Shown here: one piece after another, positions 40,401-54,475 of the stretch
Position numbering within the stretch: position 1 is the stretch's first letter
Layout of the letters: each line of letters begins with the position of its first letter
NCBI GenBank assembly: GCA_037379345.1
Contig: CM074524.1
Coordinates: forward strand, 24,424,750-24,488,749
Source: Perna viridis
Taxonomy: Eukaryota
Direction: 5' to 3'
Length of the DNA: 64,000 nucleotides
Position numbers and translations under genes: made by a program
Notes under the pieces: model-generated
Seen by the model: only the letters and a program-made list of their open reading frames with translations
Databases searched by the model: none
What the model was told of the DNA's origin: nothing

Positions 40401-43400
40401 GTAAGTTGATAAAGGCTTTATTTAACATGCAAACATTTTTGCCTACAGACCATATAATTTTATAAATAATGTATCACAATAGTAATTTGAGAACTTCAGA
40501 AACATGGGAATGTGTAATAAGGCATTAACAAACTTATTGGGAAAATTAATACAACTCTAATTGTTATAGATCAAAACTTTCACTTGTCCCTGGGGCCTCT
40601 TCAACAAAAAGCCAATTTAAAATGTTTGTACAGAGTGTCCGAGTTACATATTCATTTACATTTAAATATGCCAAAGTTTCAACTAGAATCAGCATAAATC
40701 TAAATATCAAGTACTCAACTAATAATATTCTTTATTTGTATAACTGTAATTAAGTTAATTGACTGTCTCTGTACTAATTATATATAATCATCTAAAGAAC
40801 ACCTTTCTTCCTTGAATCTTTCCAAGCATATTTATGAACACTTTGCTACCAGTTTCAGACATAAAATGGAAACTATTGAGCCCTGTATTACCATTTCATT
40901 ATTTGTATCATTGAAAACATTTTTATCCCTTGTTAATATTCAGTTTCTATCCCCCTATGAAAGCCCTTCTTACCTGCACCACTTCAGAATATAAGGTACC
41001 TCCCCAATTAATGCCAGGAGATAAAACATATATCTAATGATCTCTGTGATGGTCCATGCTGATACAAACATACAGACACCCATATTGTCATGTGACTGAA
41101 ATAGAAGATGGAGACACCCACATTGTCATGTGACTGATATAGAATAGAGATACACCTACATAATTGTCATGTGACTAAAACAGAACACAGATACATGTAC
41201 ACTTACATTGTCATGTGGCTGAAATAAAAGAAAGAGACATCCACATTATTGTGTAACATCCAAACCTGGATTGGTACAGCAAGAATGACAGTGTTCTGGG
41301 GGCAGTCGTAAAAATACCGTATTTCTTATTTAAAAATGATATACATGTAGATCAAAAATGAAAATTACATCATGACTGTTTGAATGTACACACATCTATC
41401 AAAGATTACTGAGTAAAGATTGAATAATATTACACGTATCTTCAAGTTATAGATTACACAAAATTGAGCCGTTATTAGACATGCTTTTATTATTGGTGAC
41501 ACAGGTAATAAGTGATGTATATCCTCAACCATCTGGCAGAGAATATGATTATCCATATAGCTGAACTACATGTACATGTATACTTACAGATGGAACACTG
41601 TATGATATTCCCCAGACCAGGAACACACGGGAGTAGACCTGGAAGGCGGTCAAAACAACATTTGATCTCACAAAACCTACAGCACAATGCAATACCTGGA
41701 ATATATATAAAATAAACAAGATGTATGTTACACACTATGTCGTGCTAAGGAAATCCCCACTCAAGTGTCCTGGGTAGAGTAGACAAGAGGCTCCCAGGAG
41801 CCTGAATCGCTCACCTTCTTGAATTTTGCCTTTCAAAGGCAATAAATTAAACAAGAAGTTGTCCAACAATTATCATGCTGAACACTTTACCTTTGTCAGA
41901 ATTCAGGTAAACCTGATGGTTTAGGAGATATATGCAAAAAACTATATCGACGACGGACGCCAAGTGATGGCAATAGCCCACATGGCCTTTGGCCAGGTGA
42001 GCTAAAAAATGACAAACCTTGAAAGACGAAGCATGGTACAAGTCATCATGAAGAAGCAATACCAAATATGTAGCATTCCCTCCAATAGAAGCTGAGAATT
42101 CTGTTACGAAAATTTCCCATAGGCATAAAAAACGACAAACCTTGAAAGAGGAAGCATGGTACAAGTCATCATGAAGAAGCAATACCAAATATGTAGCATT
42201 CCCTCCAATAGAAGCTAAGAATTCTACTATGAAAATTTCCCTTGGGCATTACATGTCCCTAATAAATTACTAAATCCATTGGTAAACAGCAGGTAGACCA
42301 GCAATAAACCTGAAAAGAGGAGACCTGTACCAGAGTAATCAAGGGAACCGAGATTCTAGCGGAAATAAAAAAAATCCAGGCACAATGACCAGACATGGAG
42401 AAAACAAACAAACACAACAAAGAACATAAAATAACAGAAATAAAACTTACAAAGTAACAAAAGTAATTGTGCAAATATGACTTCATAAAAAAAAAAAAAT
42501 TGGAGCAAGGACAAGTGCACCTGTAGGGTAAGGGTCCTCTGTTTTTCTAGAAACACCCAACAAGTACAACTCATCATGAAAAAGAAATATACTAAATACC
42601 TAAGCATTCCTTCCAATAAAAACAGAGAAATATGTTACAAAAACTTTCATAATATGCATCACCTTATGTCATCATACAGTAAATAGGCTGTAGATGAGCT
42701 AGTGTATGAACATGGAAAAGCGAGTCGGTCACAAAAAAACAAAATACACGTTTACCAAATATCTAAGCATTCCTTCCAATAGAAACCAAAAAAGTGTATG
42801 GATGGACGGACAGACAAGGTGATTGCAACATATAATTCCACTCTAATGAGTATGTGTATAGTTAACACATATTGCAGTTTATTTACTTCCATATAAAAAA
42901 GATCAGTAAATATGTATAGTATGAAAGTACAATGATGAAAAGATATATGTATGGAGGTAATCAAGAACACATCCATCAACAATGAATCCAAAAGATACAT
43001 GTATGGAGGTAATCAAGAACACATCCATCAACAATGAATCCAAAAGAAAAGATCATAAAAAAACAAAACAGGAGAAAAATCAGGCTATAAGCACCACTTT
43101 AAGATATACATTTGTACATATGAGTAGGGTTCACACTTAATAGCATGCTTTTATTGCTCCTTTAAAATAGCTTTTATATATCATATGATATATGTATTTT
43201 TATGAATCAAATTCAAGAATATATTTAACACTGATTTGCTATTATTGTTCATATCACGACTTCAGTATTTGTAAAAGTTATTGGAGATTTTATTGTGATT
43301 GTTTATTTATCCATTTCATTTCCACACAAGTAATTTCTGTACACTCAAACTTACATGTACAATAATGTATTTTTCCATAATTTATTGAAGCTATCCACTA

Positions 43401-46400
43401 TGTTGTTCTTGATATACACTACTGTCAATAAAAATTTTAATTTCTCCATTCTTCACAGTGGTCACTCATGTCCTACACTGTAACTCCACCAAAGTAAAAA
43501 CCAGGATAAAATTGCCAGTTTTTAATATTTTTCTCTGTCCTTTACAGAAATGTTATTAAACTACATAAGAACCATTAAATATATCTAGGCTTAAAGACAG
43601 GAGAATTTAATTACAGACAATATTTGAAATGGTGACTCCACTGTGTCTGTGGAGAGTGGAGACACTGTGACTCCACTCAAAATACATGTCTCTCCACTGG
43701 GGAGAATGGAGAAATTAAAATTTGTGTTGACAGTAGTGTATCTAACAATGTTACTGACTTTTTCAAAGAGAGAATGATTATGAATATTGTTGTATCTACT
43801 ATTGCCGTTACTTCATGTTTTTCAGGACAAGTATGATCGACCAATCAAGCATACCCTGCTTTGTACTAGCCTGACATGCTGAACCAAATCTTTATTGTGC
43901 TAGCTCAGAGAAGCATCCTCTCACACGAGGCATGCATGCTACCCTGAAATCACAAAGACACTTCTTTTTTTAAAAGACAAAGCTCCCTAAAATTAGTGAA
44001 GTTAAAAGTTTATCATTGTCCAGTTTTGTATTTGTAAAGGCCATGATCTATTTGGTCATGAAACTCACCTCTAAAACTGCAGCAGTCTGAAAAATATACA
44101 GCAGGGTTGCTACATCTTTGTAAAGACCAATATATGTCCCCTTTTTCACTAAATGATTGACTGAAATGATACCTATGGCACTCCAACTGGAAAAGAAAAA
44201 GAATTTGCTGACCATGCTAAAAACTTTTCAAAGGATAAAGTTGTAAAAGTAAGGGCAGATATGGCTTCATATATACTGAATTAACCCCATTCTGGTGGTT
44301 GAATGATAAGCCTTCAATACAAATTCAAAAACAACAATTGATGGGACATACATGTACATTTTTGTATTTTGTTTTTATACAAGTAGCCTCAGTATTTATG
44401 TATTAAATGTCAAAGAAAATTATCATGATCATGATTGGTGACCTACTTAGGGAATGAATGAATGACAACTGTCATCCATTGCCATTATTGTTTTTGCTTA
44501 ACTTGGTTCTGGAGCAAAGGTGAAATTCTTGGTCATGAATGCATTTAAATATCATCTGACTCCAGTTAGGAATGTGTCCTACAGTACATAGCAGTTCATC
44601 AAAAAGTTCTGTCGATTTTATTGAAGGTTGAAAAAATATAGAAATATGAATTAAAATTTGGAATGCATATAAGGATTTCAAGGGTGTACAATAAATCACA
44701 ATGGCCAACTCACATATATAAAAGAGTAATCAAGGGAACCAAGGTTATAGCGGTAATCAAAAGAATGTAATCCAGGGACAAAGACTAGACATGGAAAACA
44801 GACATACACAACAAAGAACATAAAGTAACTAAAATTATACATACAAAGTAACAAAAGTAAATGAGCAATTCAGACTCCACTAAAAACTGGGAGCAAGAAC
44901 CAGGTGCACCGGTAGGGTAAGCGTCCTCTACTAAAAAACATATTGTGTACGTACATGTAAATACCACATTGATTTGAATATGTAAGCAAACACCTCTTGA
45001 CCTGACCTTTAAGATGTACAATTCACATGTGCAGGCCTATTCTTCATTACGAAAAAAATATAATATATGATTGCACTGGTAACAGATTGAGGTACAAAAA
45101 TGAACACATCAGAAAGAGTATACCTATGTAACCTTAAAAAGTAATTTCAGGGCTGAAAAATATTTAATCCTTTTACAGTCTCCTGAGCACAGGAAAAATT
45201 GCAAAAGATTACAATCACTATTACACATTTACGTATATCTGCAATTTTCAATTTGTTAAATCCTAATTTAAAAGGTAATCTGGCTACTTAAGAATGAAAA
45301 CCTTGATATATTGACTAATATACATGTAAATTTGCAACCTCATAAAAAAAGCAAAATATAATAGAACTGTAAAATAACTCAATATTGTGTGTATCACTGT
45401 GTGTTGTTATATTTTGAAAAGTAAAATATATATATATATTATATTTTATGGTGGGCAAAGTCTGGGAGTTGCCATAGAGCATTGTCCCTTGGCATCCTTT
45501 ACAGGCTGGTTACCTAATACATACATGTAGCTAACTTATCTGCATATGACACAAGGATGGCACTCCTTACAGGCCTTGGAGCACCTTACTAGAAATTACA
45601 CAGAGGTGGTCATCCAATGAACTCATAATTTTAATCTTTTTGAATTGAGAAAAGTTTGCATTTGTTATATAAAGCATCATTCCTTGGTGTCCTCAGCATT
45701 TGGACCATCCAAAAAGCTGCACTGGACACAAGGATTTAACAATTTGATCCTTGAAGCCCTTAACAACTCAAAAATGGCAATGTTCATTTGGGTTATATTA
45801 ACAAGAGGCTCCCACGAGCCTGAATTGTCCACATGGTTGAATTTTGCCTTTCAAAGGCAACAAGTTTAACAAGAAGTTGTCCAACAATTTTGACTCAAGA
45901 AGACTTTGGTAGAGCTTATCATAAGGCTCATTTCAACAAGGTTATTACCAAGGGTCTGGAAATTTTGACAGCCCATGCCACACATTTTATCGAACTTCAG
46001 CAGACGTTTTTGTCAGTCTGTAATATGCTCAGATTGAAAATAAACTTAAAAAAACATTTGTATGTAGTTATTTTCAGATAAATATTGGAAAGTGTGTTAT
46101 TTCATCACATACTCTGTCTTTTACAAAATATCACAGTGAGTGAATGAGTTCGTTTTCGACTACACATGGACGTTCTAACATGTAAACAAATATTGTATCT
46201 CTCGAACTTCTTCATCACATAGGCAAACAGCTGAAAACTTCCGAGTGATGAAAAAAATGTTAATTATTTATAAAAAAAAGACTCGCGAACACATTTTGTA
46301 CATTGACTTAGATGGTCTGTTGACTTCTGTGTTAAAACGATTCAATCGACGAATTGATAATTACAAACTACAACTGATTCATAGTTTCAATTCCATGTGC

Positions 46401-47720
46401 TTTCGTTACCTCTGAAAGATCAGCGGGAAAATGGTGGACTTGTCAATCTTTTTTCTTAATTAATCAACTAATAAATGTATGAAGATTCCCTGAGTTACTT
46501 CAGTTAATTTGTATATGCAATGGGGCTCCACGTGTACCATTAATTCAATTAGACAATCAACTAATCAGTTACAGGCAAGTCAGAGTCACATGTAGCAACA
46601 AATCGGCTAAAATTGACAAACACCTGTCAATTAATTTCAAATAAACAATTAGGAGACTATTAGGCAGGATGTTTACACACTAATAAAACCACACAGACTG
46701 TAATTTATAAGGGCTGACAATTTTTTTATGTCCGACATTGGAAAACTGTCGTCGGTCATTTGCAAAATTTGTCGAATCCATGGTTATTACATGTATTGAC
46801 TAAATTTTCCTTAAGGTTCCCCAATATACTAACGAAAAAAAAAGTCATGTCCTGGAAGATCAGTAAAAATAAATTCATCTTTTCTGATAGTTTCAAGTCT
46901 CTCTACTTTTTTTACTAATTAGAAGAAGTAAATATGATATTTTCAAAGTGTACATGTGGATGTGTGTACATGTCTCTTCCCTGTTCAACTGTCGCTGCTG
47001 TCAAGAACCTAACAAACCTTGGGAAAAAATGTAACTTCAATTATATTATTTAAATCAAAGCATAGCTTTTCTAAGATAGGAAAGGCAATCATTTTCTTGT
47101 TTGGAATTTGCAGATATCGTCTGAATTTTGTTTACATCACATGATATGTGTAAAATATTCCCACCATCCGTGGAGAACTGTAAGGTATATGTATGGTAAA
47201 GCTCACAGTGCTTGCTGATTTAGGCAATGCCCCATATTAGATATGATTTAATAACTTTGATTGTATTTGTATCATTTTGTATATATTTGTTTAAAATGAA
47301 GTTCACCCAATTTCCACATTACTAACGCAACTTAAGTGTTTCCGACACTATTCTGTGTGTTATTGATTCAACCTGGATTTCTGGACAATTAGAATGAAGA
47401 GGCTCTACATCCCAAAATGCATGGACAAGCAGCAACTGCTTTACCAAATTTTCTCTCTTTCAATGATAATTAGGAGAAGACAGCACAGACAATGCAATGG
47501 GAAATTAATTTTGATCCTTTCTCAAATGTATATTCAAGGGTATATTTCTATATTTGGTCAGTGAATTCCAACTCTCAACAAATCCTCATTGTCTTCATGG
47601 CACTTAACTAGCATACCCTAACACCTGTAGAACGTTATAAGCGATGAGATAAGCAGTTACACATGGATTCTTCTTCTTTTCGGAGGCCGGTCGACCTTTG
47701 CTGTCTGTTGTCGACGCCAT
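37454..47720 (-). CDS. HACD2: Very-long-chain (3R)-3-hydroxyacyl-CoA dehydratase (HACD1/2, PTPLA/PHS1 family), 234 aa, complete
   Basis: Exons 47617-47720, 44069-44186, 41588-41695, 40974-41095, 40292-40331, 38550-38688, 37454-37527 (705 nt, all GT-AG, phase-consistent). Protein: [72 protein letters not shown] (catalytic Tyr/Glu)..[27 protein letters not shown] (KxKxx). Start context GCCATGG. Likely co-ortholog of HACD1 and HACD2. Confidence 0.95.
41075..41255 (-). repeat. Tandem ~40-bp duplications of the HACD intron-3/exon-4 junction
   Basis: YYYYAG|(T/C)CACATGACAAT occurs with pseudo-exon starts at 41095 (true exon), 41133, 41174 and 41218, plus one decayed copy. Confidence 0.9.
41783..42250. 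mobile_element. Helentron-associated (HINE-like) non-autonomous element with adjacent ~123-bp tandem units
   Basis: ACAAGAGG..ATCGCTCACC 5' end, 3' hairpin TGGCCTTTGGCCA followed by GGTGAGCTAAAAA (subTIR GCTCACC/GGTGAGC). Two ~123-bp repeats follow. A second 5' fragment is at ~45800-45890. Confidence 0.65.
42945..43046. repeat. 52-bp direct tandem duplication
   Basis: ATGTATGGAGGTAATCAAGAACACATCCATCAACAATGAATCCAAAAGA occurs twice, 52 bp apart. Confidence 0.9.
43417..43738. mobile_element. MITE with CACTA termini and TA TSD
   Basis: TA|CACTACTGTCAA..AAATTTTAATTTCTCCATTCT ... AGAATGGAGAAATTAAAATTT..TTGACAGTAGTG|TA. Confidence 0.85.
44722..44932 (-). mobile_element. Dispersed 3'-end copy of the Penelope-like element at 58.3-59.3 kb (representative)
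   Basis: Same sequence as 59050-59260. Other copies: ~7208-7256(+), 9212-9380(-), 10083-10172(-), 15104-15140(+), 36222-36380(-), 42331-42560(-), 52598-52758(+), 59516-59672(-), and a diverged one at 23480-23705(-). Confidence 0.85.
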
Positions 47721-48224
47721 GGCGATTGTAAACCAATAAAACAGCAATCGGATAAACAAACGAGTATATTCCGGATAATGCTAAAACTGGCCGATGCAAG
47801 TCGTTTCGGCCACACTACCACCTCGGCAATAGTTATCTCGACACACTATATTTCGTCCATACATTTTTTAAATATTGTATACGGTTATAAATATTACATA
47901 AATTTGCAATTAAGATGAAAAATACGAATTTCATTAAATGAGGAATAAACTGTAATGCGATTTTAGACTACGGAAATCGAATTAAGAAAACTGAGTAAAT
48001 TTATTTGAATTGTTGACAACTGGGTTCTCTCAAATGTACTAACAATGCACCAGAAAAGCAACTTTAAATATATGTGCATAAGAACTTATAATTTTGATCA
48101 TTAAACTGATTATCACACACCAGAGGCAGAGGCAGATCCAGGTGGTGTCTATTGTCACCCGGCAAATTAATTATAAGGATGGGTAGAAATAAGACCAGAA
48201 AAGTCCATGCAGAAATCGGAAAAT

Positions 48225-48427
48225 ATATATAAATTCAACGTCTCAGAATGTGCCGACTCTATTTGCTACACTGCTCCATCGGATCAAATTGATACAGGGA
48301 AGATATGTAAACGTATAGAAAGGTCTGAAAAATTCCCAACGATGTTAGAACTGTCAAATTTGCATCGCAAATTTGACAGTTCTAACATCGTTGGGAATTT
48401 TTCAGACCTTTTCTATATATATATATA
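48225..48427. repeat. Fold-back derivative of the tRNA-headed element: 50-bp near-perfect palindrome between (TA)n tracts
   Basis: Arms 48314-48363 and 48367-48417, loop ATC. Positions 48238-48370 match 55896-56030. Confidence 0.9.
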
Positions 48428-48559
48428 ATGTTAAATATGGTGAAATATATTTATTAAGACATTTCCCATACATTTCGGTTTTCGGGATTATTGACTGAAA
48501 ATATGATTTAGCGGGGAAAGACCAGAAAATGGTAGAAATAAAGACAAGAAAAATTGATG

Positions 48560-50800
48560 AGTGTTAAATTTCTTTTTCTGAAGTAATTGCAGTGAATAGA
48601 ATTGTAAGCGATCATGATACCACAACAGTATCACTGACAATACCCTATAACTTTAAAACGTCATATCAAAGAGATGTATAGATTTATAAAAAAACGGTAA
48701 TTTTCATGGATTTAACGACAAAATTGACAGTATTAATTGGGATGATTTTTTTATGGTATCCCAAGATGTTGATGTAAGACATCAAATTTTACCGCTAAAT
48801 ATTTAGAAATTGCCAAGGAGTTCATTCCCTGCAAAAAGGTTACAATTAGACCTAACGGCAAACCATGGTTTGACTCTTCAATCCGTAAAGAAACGAGAAT
48901 TCGTGATCGATTTCACAAGCAATTAAAAATCAAGAAAACTCCACAATTAAAAGCAAAATACAAGCGTTAAAGAAACGAAGTCGATAACTTGATGTCATAT
49001 GCTAGGGAACAATACCTAATAAATGCAAATGAACTCGACAAAGAAAATAAATCCAAAATCCTACTGGAGTTTAGTTTTAAAAAAAAACGCAGAGGTGAAT
49101 ACAAAACTCTCCTCCCCTCATAAACAATACAGGTGAATTCATAGTAAATGAAAAAAAGGCAAATCTGCTAAACGAATTATTTTGTTCGATATCCAACATA
49201 GACAATTCATCCCATGACCCACCACATTTTGGAACTCGTTGTGTAAATAATCTAGATATTGATTAAATTACCCCAATGAAGTTCAAGATGATCTTGAGAC
49301 GCTACAGTTAAGCAAAGCTACTGGCAATGATTGTATTAGCCATCATATGTTTAAATATACTGTTTCAAATGTATGTCACCCCCTGTGTATTATATTCAAC
49401 AAATCACTAAGAGATGGTAAATATCCGTCCACCTGGAAATCTGCAAATGTACTAGCTCTTTTCAAAAAAAGGTTAAAATCAGATCGCATTAATTATAGAC
49501 AAATTACATTGTTAAGTTGTGTTGGAAAAGTCTTCGAACGTATTATTTACAAATATACGTATAACTTTCTGTTAGATAATTCCTTAAGTAATTTACCGGT
49601 TCCAATTTGAATTTATGCATGGACACTCTACAGTTCATCAACTGATTGAAATTTATCATAATATTAATCTCGCTCTTGAAATGACACAAATTGTGTGCAC
49701 TGTTTTTTGTGATATATCGAAAGCGTTTGATCGAGTTTGGCACAAAGGCTTAATTCAAAGGATAAAGGCATATGGTATATCTGGAAATTTATTAAAATGG
49801 ATTGAAAATTACATGGAAAACAGGAACCAAAAGGTATTGATAGGAAATTAGCTATTAGATATAGGTAATATTAAAGGAGGTGTTCTTCAAGGGTCAGTGC
49901 TAGGACCCCTTTTTTCTTATTGTATATAAATGACAATACCGCTAGTCTATCCAGGTTATTTGCTGATGATACATCACTGTCATATGCCCCCAGAAATATA
50001 AATCAAATTGAGGAAAACATAAACTCAGATTTAGAAAAAAATAAATAACTGGTGAAAAAAACTGGCTAGTAAATTTTAATCCCTAAAAAACAGAATATTT
50101 GTTAATTTTCTACCAATAGGCAACTGGATAGACCAAGTATTAGATTCAATGATCAGTTGATTGAATGTGTTAAAAAACATAAACACTTAGATGTTACATT
50201 TCATTCAAATTGTAAATGGGTTTGTCATATTCAAAATAAAGTAAATACCGCTTCCAATCAACTTTCCATGCTGCGTAAATTTAAATTTATTCTTAGCAGA
50301 CAGAACCTGGAAAAATTTACTTTGCCTGTATTGTACGCTTCTTGGAATATGCCTGTGAACTTAGGGATGGTTGTACACAAAATAATATGAACAAAATTGA
50401 ACGAGTGCAACATGAAGCTGTAAGAATTGTCACTGGTCTTCCAAAATATGCAAATATTGACTCCTCTTTATTTTGAAACTGTTTGGGAAACCCTTCAATC
50501 TAGAAGGAAAAGAAGAAAACTTTGTTTGTTTTATAAAATTCACCATCAAGATTGTCCATCTTATCTCAATGACTGTTTATCACCGTATCAACAAGATGTA
50601 AGGCAAAGAAACTTGCGAACTGATTCTGACTATCGGCAACCATTTACATTTACACTTATTTTCCAACTTTTTTTCCCGTCCGAGATTAGACTTTGGAACA
50701 ATTTGGAATCAATATACGTAATCTTCCAACCATTTCTAGATTTCACAAACTGGTCAAAGGTGGACTACAGTTATTGGGATAAAGCCTCATCTACATACGT
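48560..50800 (+). mobile_element. Decayed CR1/L2-clade LINE, ORF2 (APE C-terminus + reverse transcriptase), 5'-truncated
   Basis: VSDHD, KPWFDSSIRK, KANLLNELF, WKSANVLALFKK, NYRQITLLSCVGKVFERI, FCDISKAFDRVWH, GVLQGSVLGP, LFADDT, LQSRRKRRKLCLFYKI, FFPSEIRLWNNL; many stops and frameshifts. Confidence 0.93.
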
Positions 50801-53399
50801 CTTGATTCAGATGTGGATTTTTAAAGTTATTTGAAGTTATTTGAAGTTATTTTAAGCATACACATTTTTATATTATCTGATAAGTTCACGTTTCTACATG
50901 ACAAGCTTGATACAGTCTTACGTTATCTAAACCTAAAAGACAGCATTCAGACTATTGCATATCATCCAATCACCAACTCTTAATTTTTATGTTTAAGTAT
51001 TGAAACTTATCTTAAGTCAGCGAAATGAATAATGAAAAAACGGATTACTATTCTTCTATTCCTATCTAAGTTTTAAAACCTCATTATCCATTCGGTTTAC
51101 ATTTAACTGTACATGTTTATCTTTTGTTTCACGAGTGTTACTGATGGTTGCAATGTTATTTTAATTTATTTTCTGAATTCCATTGTTCTACAAAGGTTGA
51201 TCAGAAATATAGTCTCAAGAAAAACAAATGCTTGACATGTTGCAGCTAGATACGCCCGCAGAGGTAGATATTTCAACAGATGGGACAAAAATGGACACAA
51301 AGTTCAAGCTTGAAATAACTCCTTTTTATTGTGACTTAATATTTAAAACATAGAAAAATGTAAAAAGTAGCCTGCATGAATAATAACAATATCAATAATT
51401 AAACGAAGTTTAATGAAGTTTGCTTTTAAAATTTTGAAATAATTGTGCAGTTATGGAAATCCATCCTTTTTATATTAATAAGGCCCCAAAAATTCAAAAA
51501 AGGAAAATTAGAAATTCAAAACAATAGAAGAGGAAGCCAACTTTAATAGTAAGTTTAATGAAAATGGGCGCAACCACTACTGAGTTATAGTCAGAAACAG
51601 TGCACTCCCAATATTTTATGAACAAAATTCCGTAGCTCTTTATCGTAACAGCACAAAATTGACAAAAAATAAAAAGGAGCTTTTATCCATAAAAGTAATA
51701 TAGTATGTTCATTTCGCTCATTGTTTTTAATGCGGCGCAATGTGCGGCACCCAATGCGCATGACATCACATCCGGTGGCCGTGAACCGGGAAGAGGACAG
51801 GAAGTGAACCTTGGGTGACTGGAAATGGACTTAGATGGGGACCCTTGACCAGTGAATGGAACATAGGGACTCTTGACCTAGGATTTGGCATTAAAGGTGG
51901 GGGTGGAAATGACACACATGAACCCCCTTCAGTGTCCTAATTGGTGTTATCCAATGGTGTAGTGTTTTATAAACAGTAAGTAAAAAGGGGAAATTATTAA
52001 AGCCATCTTTCTTTGTATATTTGGTTTGCTTTGTTAATACATTTTTATTATTTTTAATCACCTATTTTTTATTTGATATTTTGTATGAAATGAAGTTTAA
52101 TTATCATTTAAATAATATATATATTTTTTTACTTTATTGACCTCAGTCGCTTGCATTTTTTTCAATTATGTATTGCACTTTATGAATACATTTATGTTTT
52201 TGGTGAAATGTTCACATCTCGGACTTATGACTTTTTTCATTCACTTGTTTTAAATATTGTTGTGTAATGCAGTTGTTTGTTTGTGATTTAGTTTTCTTTG
52301 TGATAACCTTAACTGATTGTGTAATTCAATATCAATACTTAAGTAGATGTCTTTAAATATGTCCATTGTATTGATTTGTTGTCGCTTTAAATTGTACATT
52401 ATGAATAAATAGCGGTTTTCAGGAGATTATGACATCTTCCCATGTACAATATTTACAACTGGGAAATTTAACTTTTATCAAATTGTTTTAATTATTTTGG
52501 TGTAATTATATTGCGATGTTCACATGTACGTGCACTCAACTCATCTGTATTATAGGGCTCTTGACTTGAGGATTATGTTTCTCTCCACTTCGTCCATTTG
52601 AGGCTTGTTTTGACTCATTTGATTTTGTTACTTTCTATGTATGATTTTAGTTACTTTATGTTCTTTGTTGTGTATGTCTGTTTTCCATGTCTGGTCTTTG
52701 TCCCTGGATTACATTCTTTTGATTTCCACTATAACCTTGGTTCCCTTGATTACTCTTTAATAAGTGTAGGTATGGTTGACTGTTTAATGATATGATGAGC
52801 TTGCATTCGATTCTAGGGGTACAACTATATCTTAATTTTTTCAATGTTTACATGTCGCTTATACTCAACATTTTCATTTTTTATTATAGGTAAACTTTTT
52901 TTCTGACCCTAGGTATGGTTCGTGCAGTCTAATATTTTTTATATGTAATCTGCACATAAACTTGATTTGATCCGTGTCATGGGGCTGTATTGAGTAAACA
53001 TTTGTCTTGAGGATTTTATTTTTTACTCCATATTTTCATTCGTGGTATGTTTCCTACCCCATTTTTTGTTTAAATGTAAGCCGACCTTGTATGACCGTTT
53101 ATATGTCACCATCACACTTGATTTGACCTGTGCAATAAGGCTCTATTGGGTAAAGATTTATAAACAGTTTTTATGTTTGATTTGCTGTCGCTAACAGTTT
53201 TTCTTATAGTTGTCACCGGTTTTGAATAATCGAAGTCGAGGTACCTTATTTCATATGGAGGGGGTAAGTCTTTCTTTATTAGTTTTATTACAGAACAAGA
53301 ATTTCATTTTCTTCTATGTTTAATTTACAATTTATATTCATTGTTCCAATCGTTTTGAAGTTGTCTATTCTCCTGCATATTGTGTTTATATTTCGCAAT

Positions 53400-54475
53400 T
53401 GATTCGCAACGCTAGACAAGTACTAGCTATTCTGATTTCCTTGAATGCCATAAATATCTGCGAAACAGACTCCTGAATCAGGGGTTATTTGACACTTTTC
53501 ATGATCCGATGCCCTTTAATGACCGTTTACATGTCGTTGTTTTGTCATAAGTTTGTTCTTAATACGAGTCTTCTTGCTTCTGTCGTCCCAGTATTGTTGA
53601 CGTCAAAACTGTTTTTACTAGGTGATCTCAATTTGACCTTTATTTCCTTGTTCCGCGATTTACACGCCATCTGGTCTTGGTTTTCCTTGTCTTTCCTGTA
53701 TAGCACTTACTATTTCTGATGAAATATCTTCTTATTATATCAAGCCCTTGGTTCCCAAAGCCATGTGTGTCCATTGCATCCAATATAACTTTTTTAATTT
53801 CCTCCGCTTGATTAATTAAGATCGTTGTTTCGAAGATGTTGTTCCGCTCTGGTTTCCTAAAATATTCAATATCTTGAAGTTGTGTTACTTTATAGTAGTC
53901 GTAAGACATATAGGCGATCTTTTGTCTGTAATCCTTTTATACAGTTCCATTTATAGGCGTCATATCTGTTTTCTGGTCGGCCTTTTACTTTCCTTCGGCT
54001 AGTCCTCCCCGAGGCTTTTTGGGGGGGTTCATTTTTTGTCAGCGTATTCCTTGATTTAAAGTAGATACATCATTTCGTCCATTGCACGTGAACGGCATTA
54101 CGACTGGTGACATTTTTGAAATTTATTTCTCGACAGGGAACTACATTGTGAATCTTTTCTTGCCTTCGATACGTCAATCTCCATTGCGAATGGTCTAAAA
54201 AGTGACCAATCCATTCTTTTTCATCTCTTTTTATCGTTCTCTGCTTCCTGGAACACATCATGTTTTCAACCGCGAAACTGTTGTTGTTTCTCAATCTCAA
54301 TATGTCGGGAGTAGCCTGTTTCATGTCGATCAGACATTTAGAAAAGTTTCTTCTGCTTGATAAATTAAGGTCATTGTTTTTACTCGAGGATATCTGCTCG
54401 TCGCTCAGCTCTGGTTTCCACAGAAAATTCTCAGATGCGCATTTATTGATAACTTGTAACGTGAAAACATTGTAG
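53400..54475 (-). pseudogene. Frameshifted ~1-kb coding-like stretch of unknown identity
   Basis: Successive long open frames (54475-54070, 53909-53640, ~53700-53545) with higher GC/CpG than the flanks. No recognisable domain. Confidence 0.3.

Noticed and set aside
18215-47720. SDR + HACD as a fatty-acid elongase gene cluster
   Set aside because: The elongase ketoreductase is HSD17B12/KAR (SDR12C), whereas this protein has SDR16C motifs.
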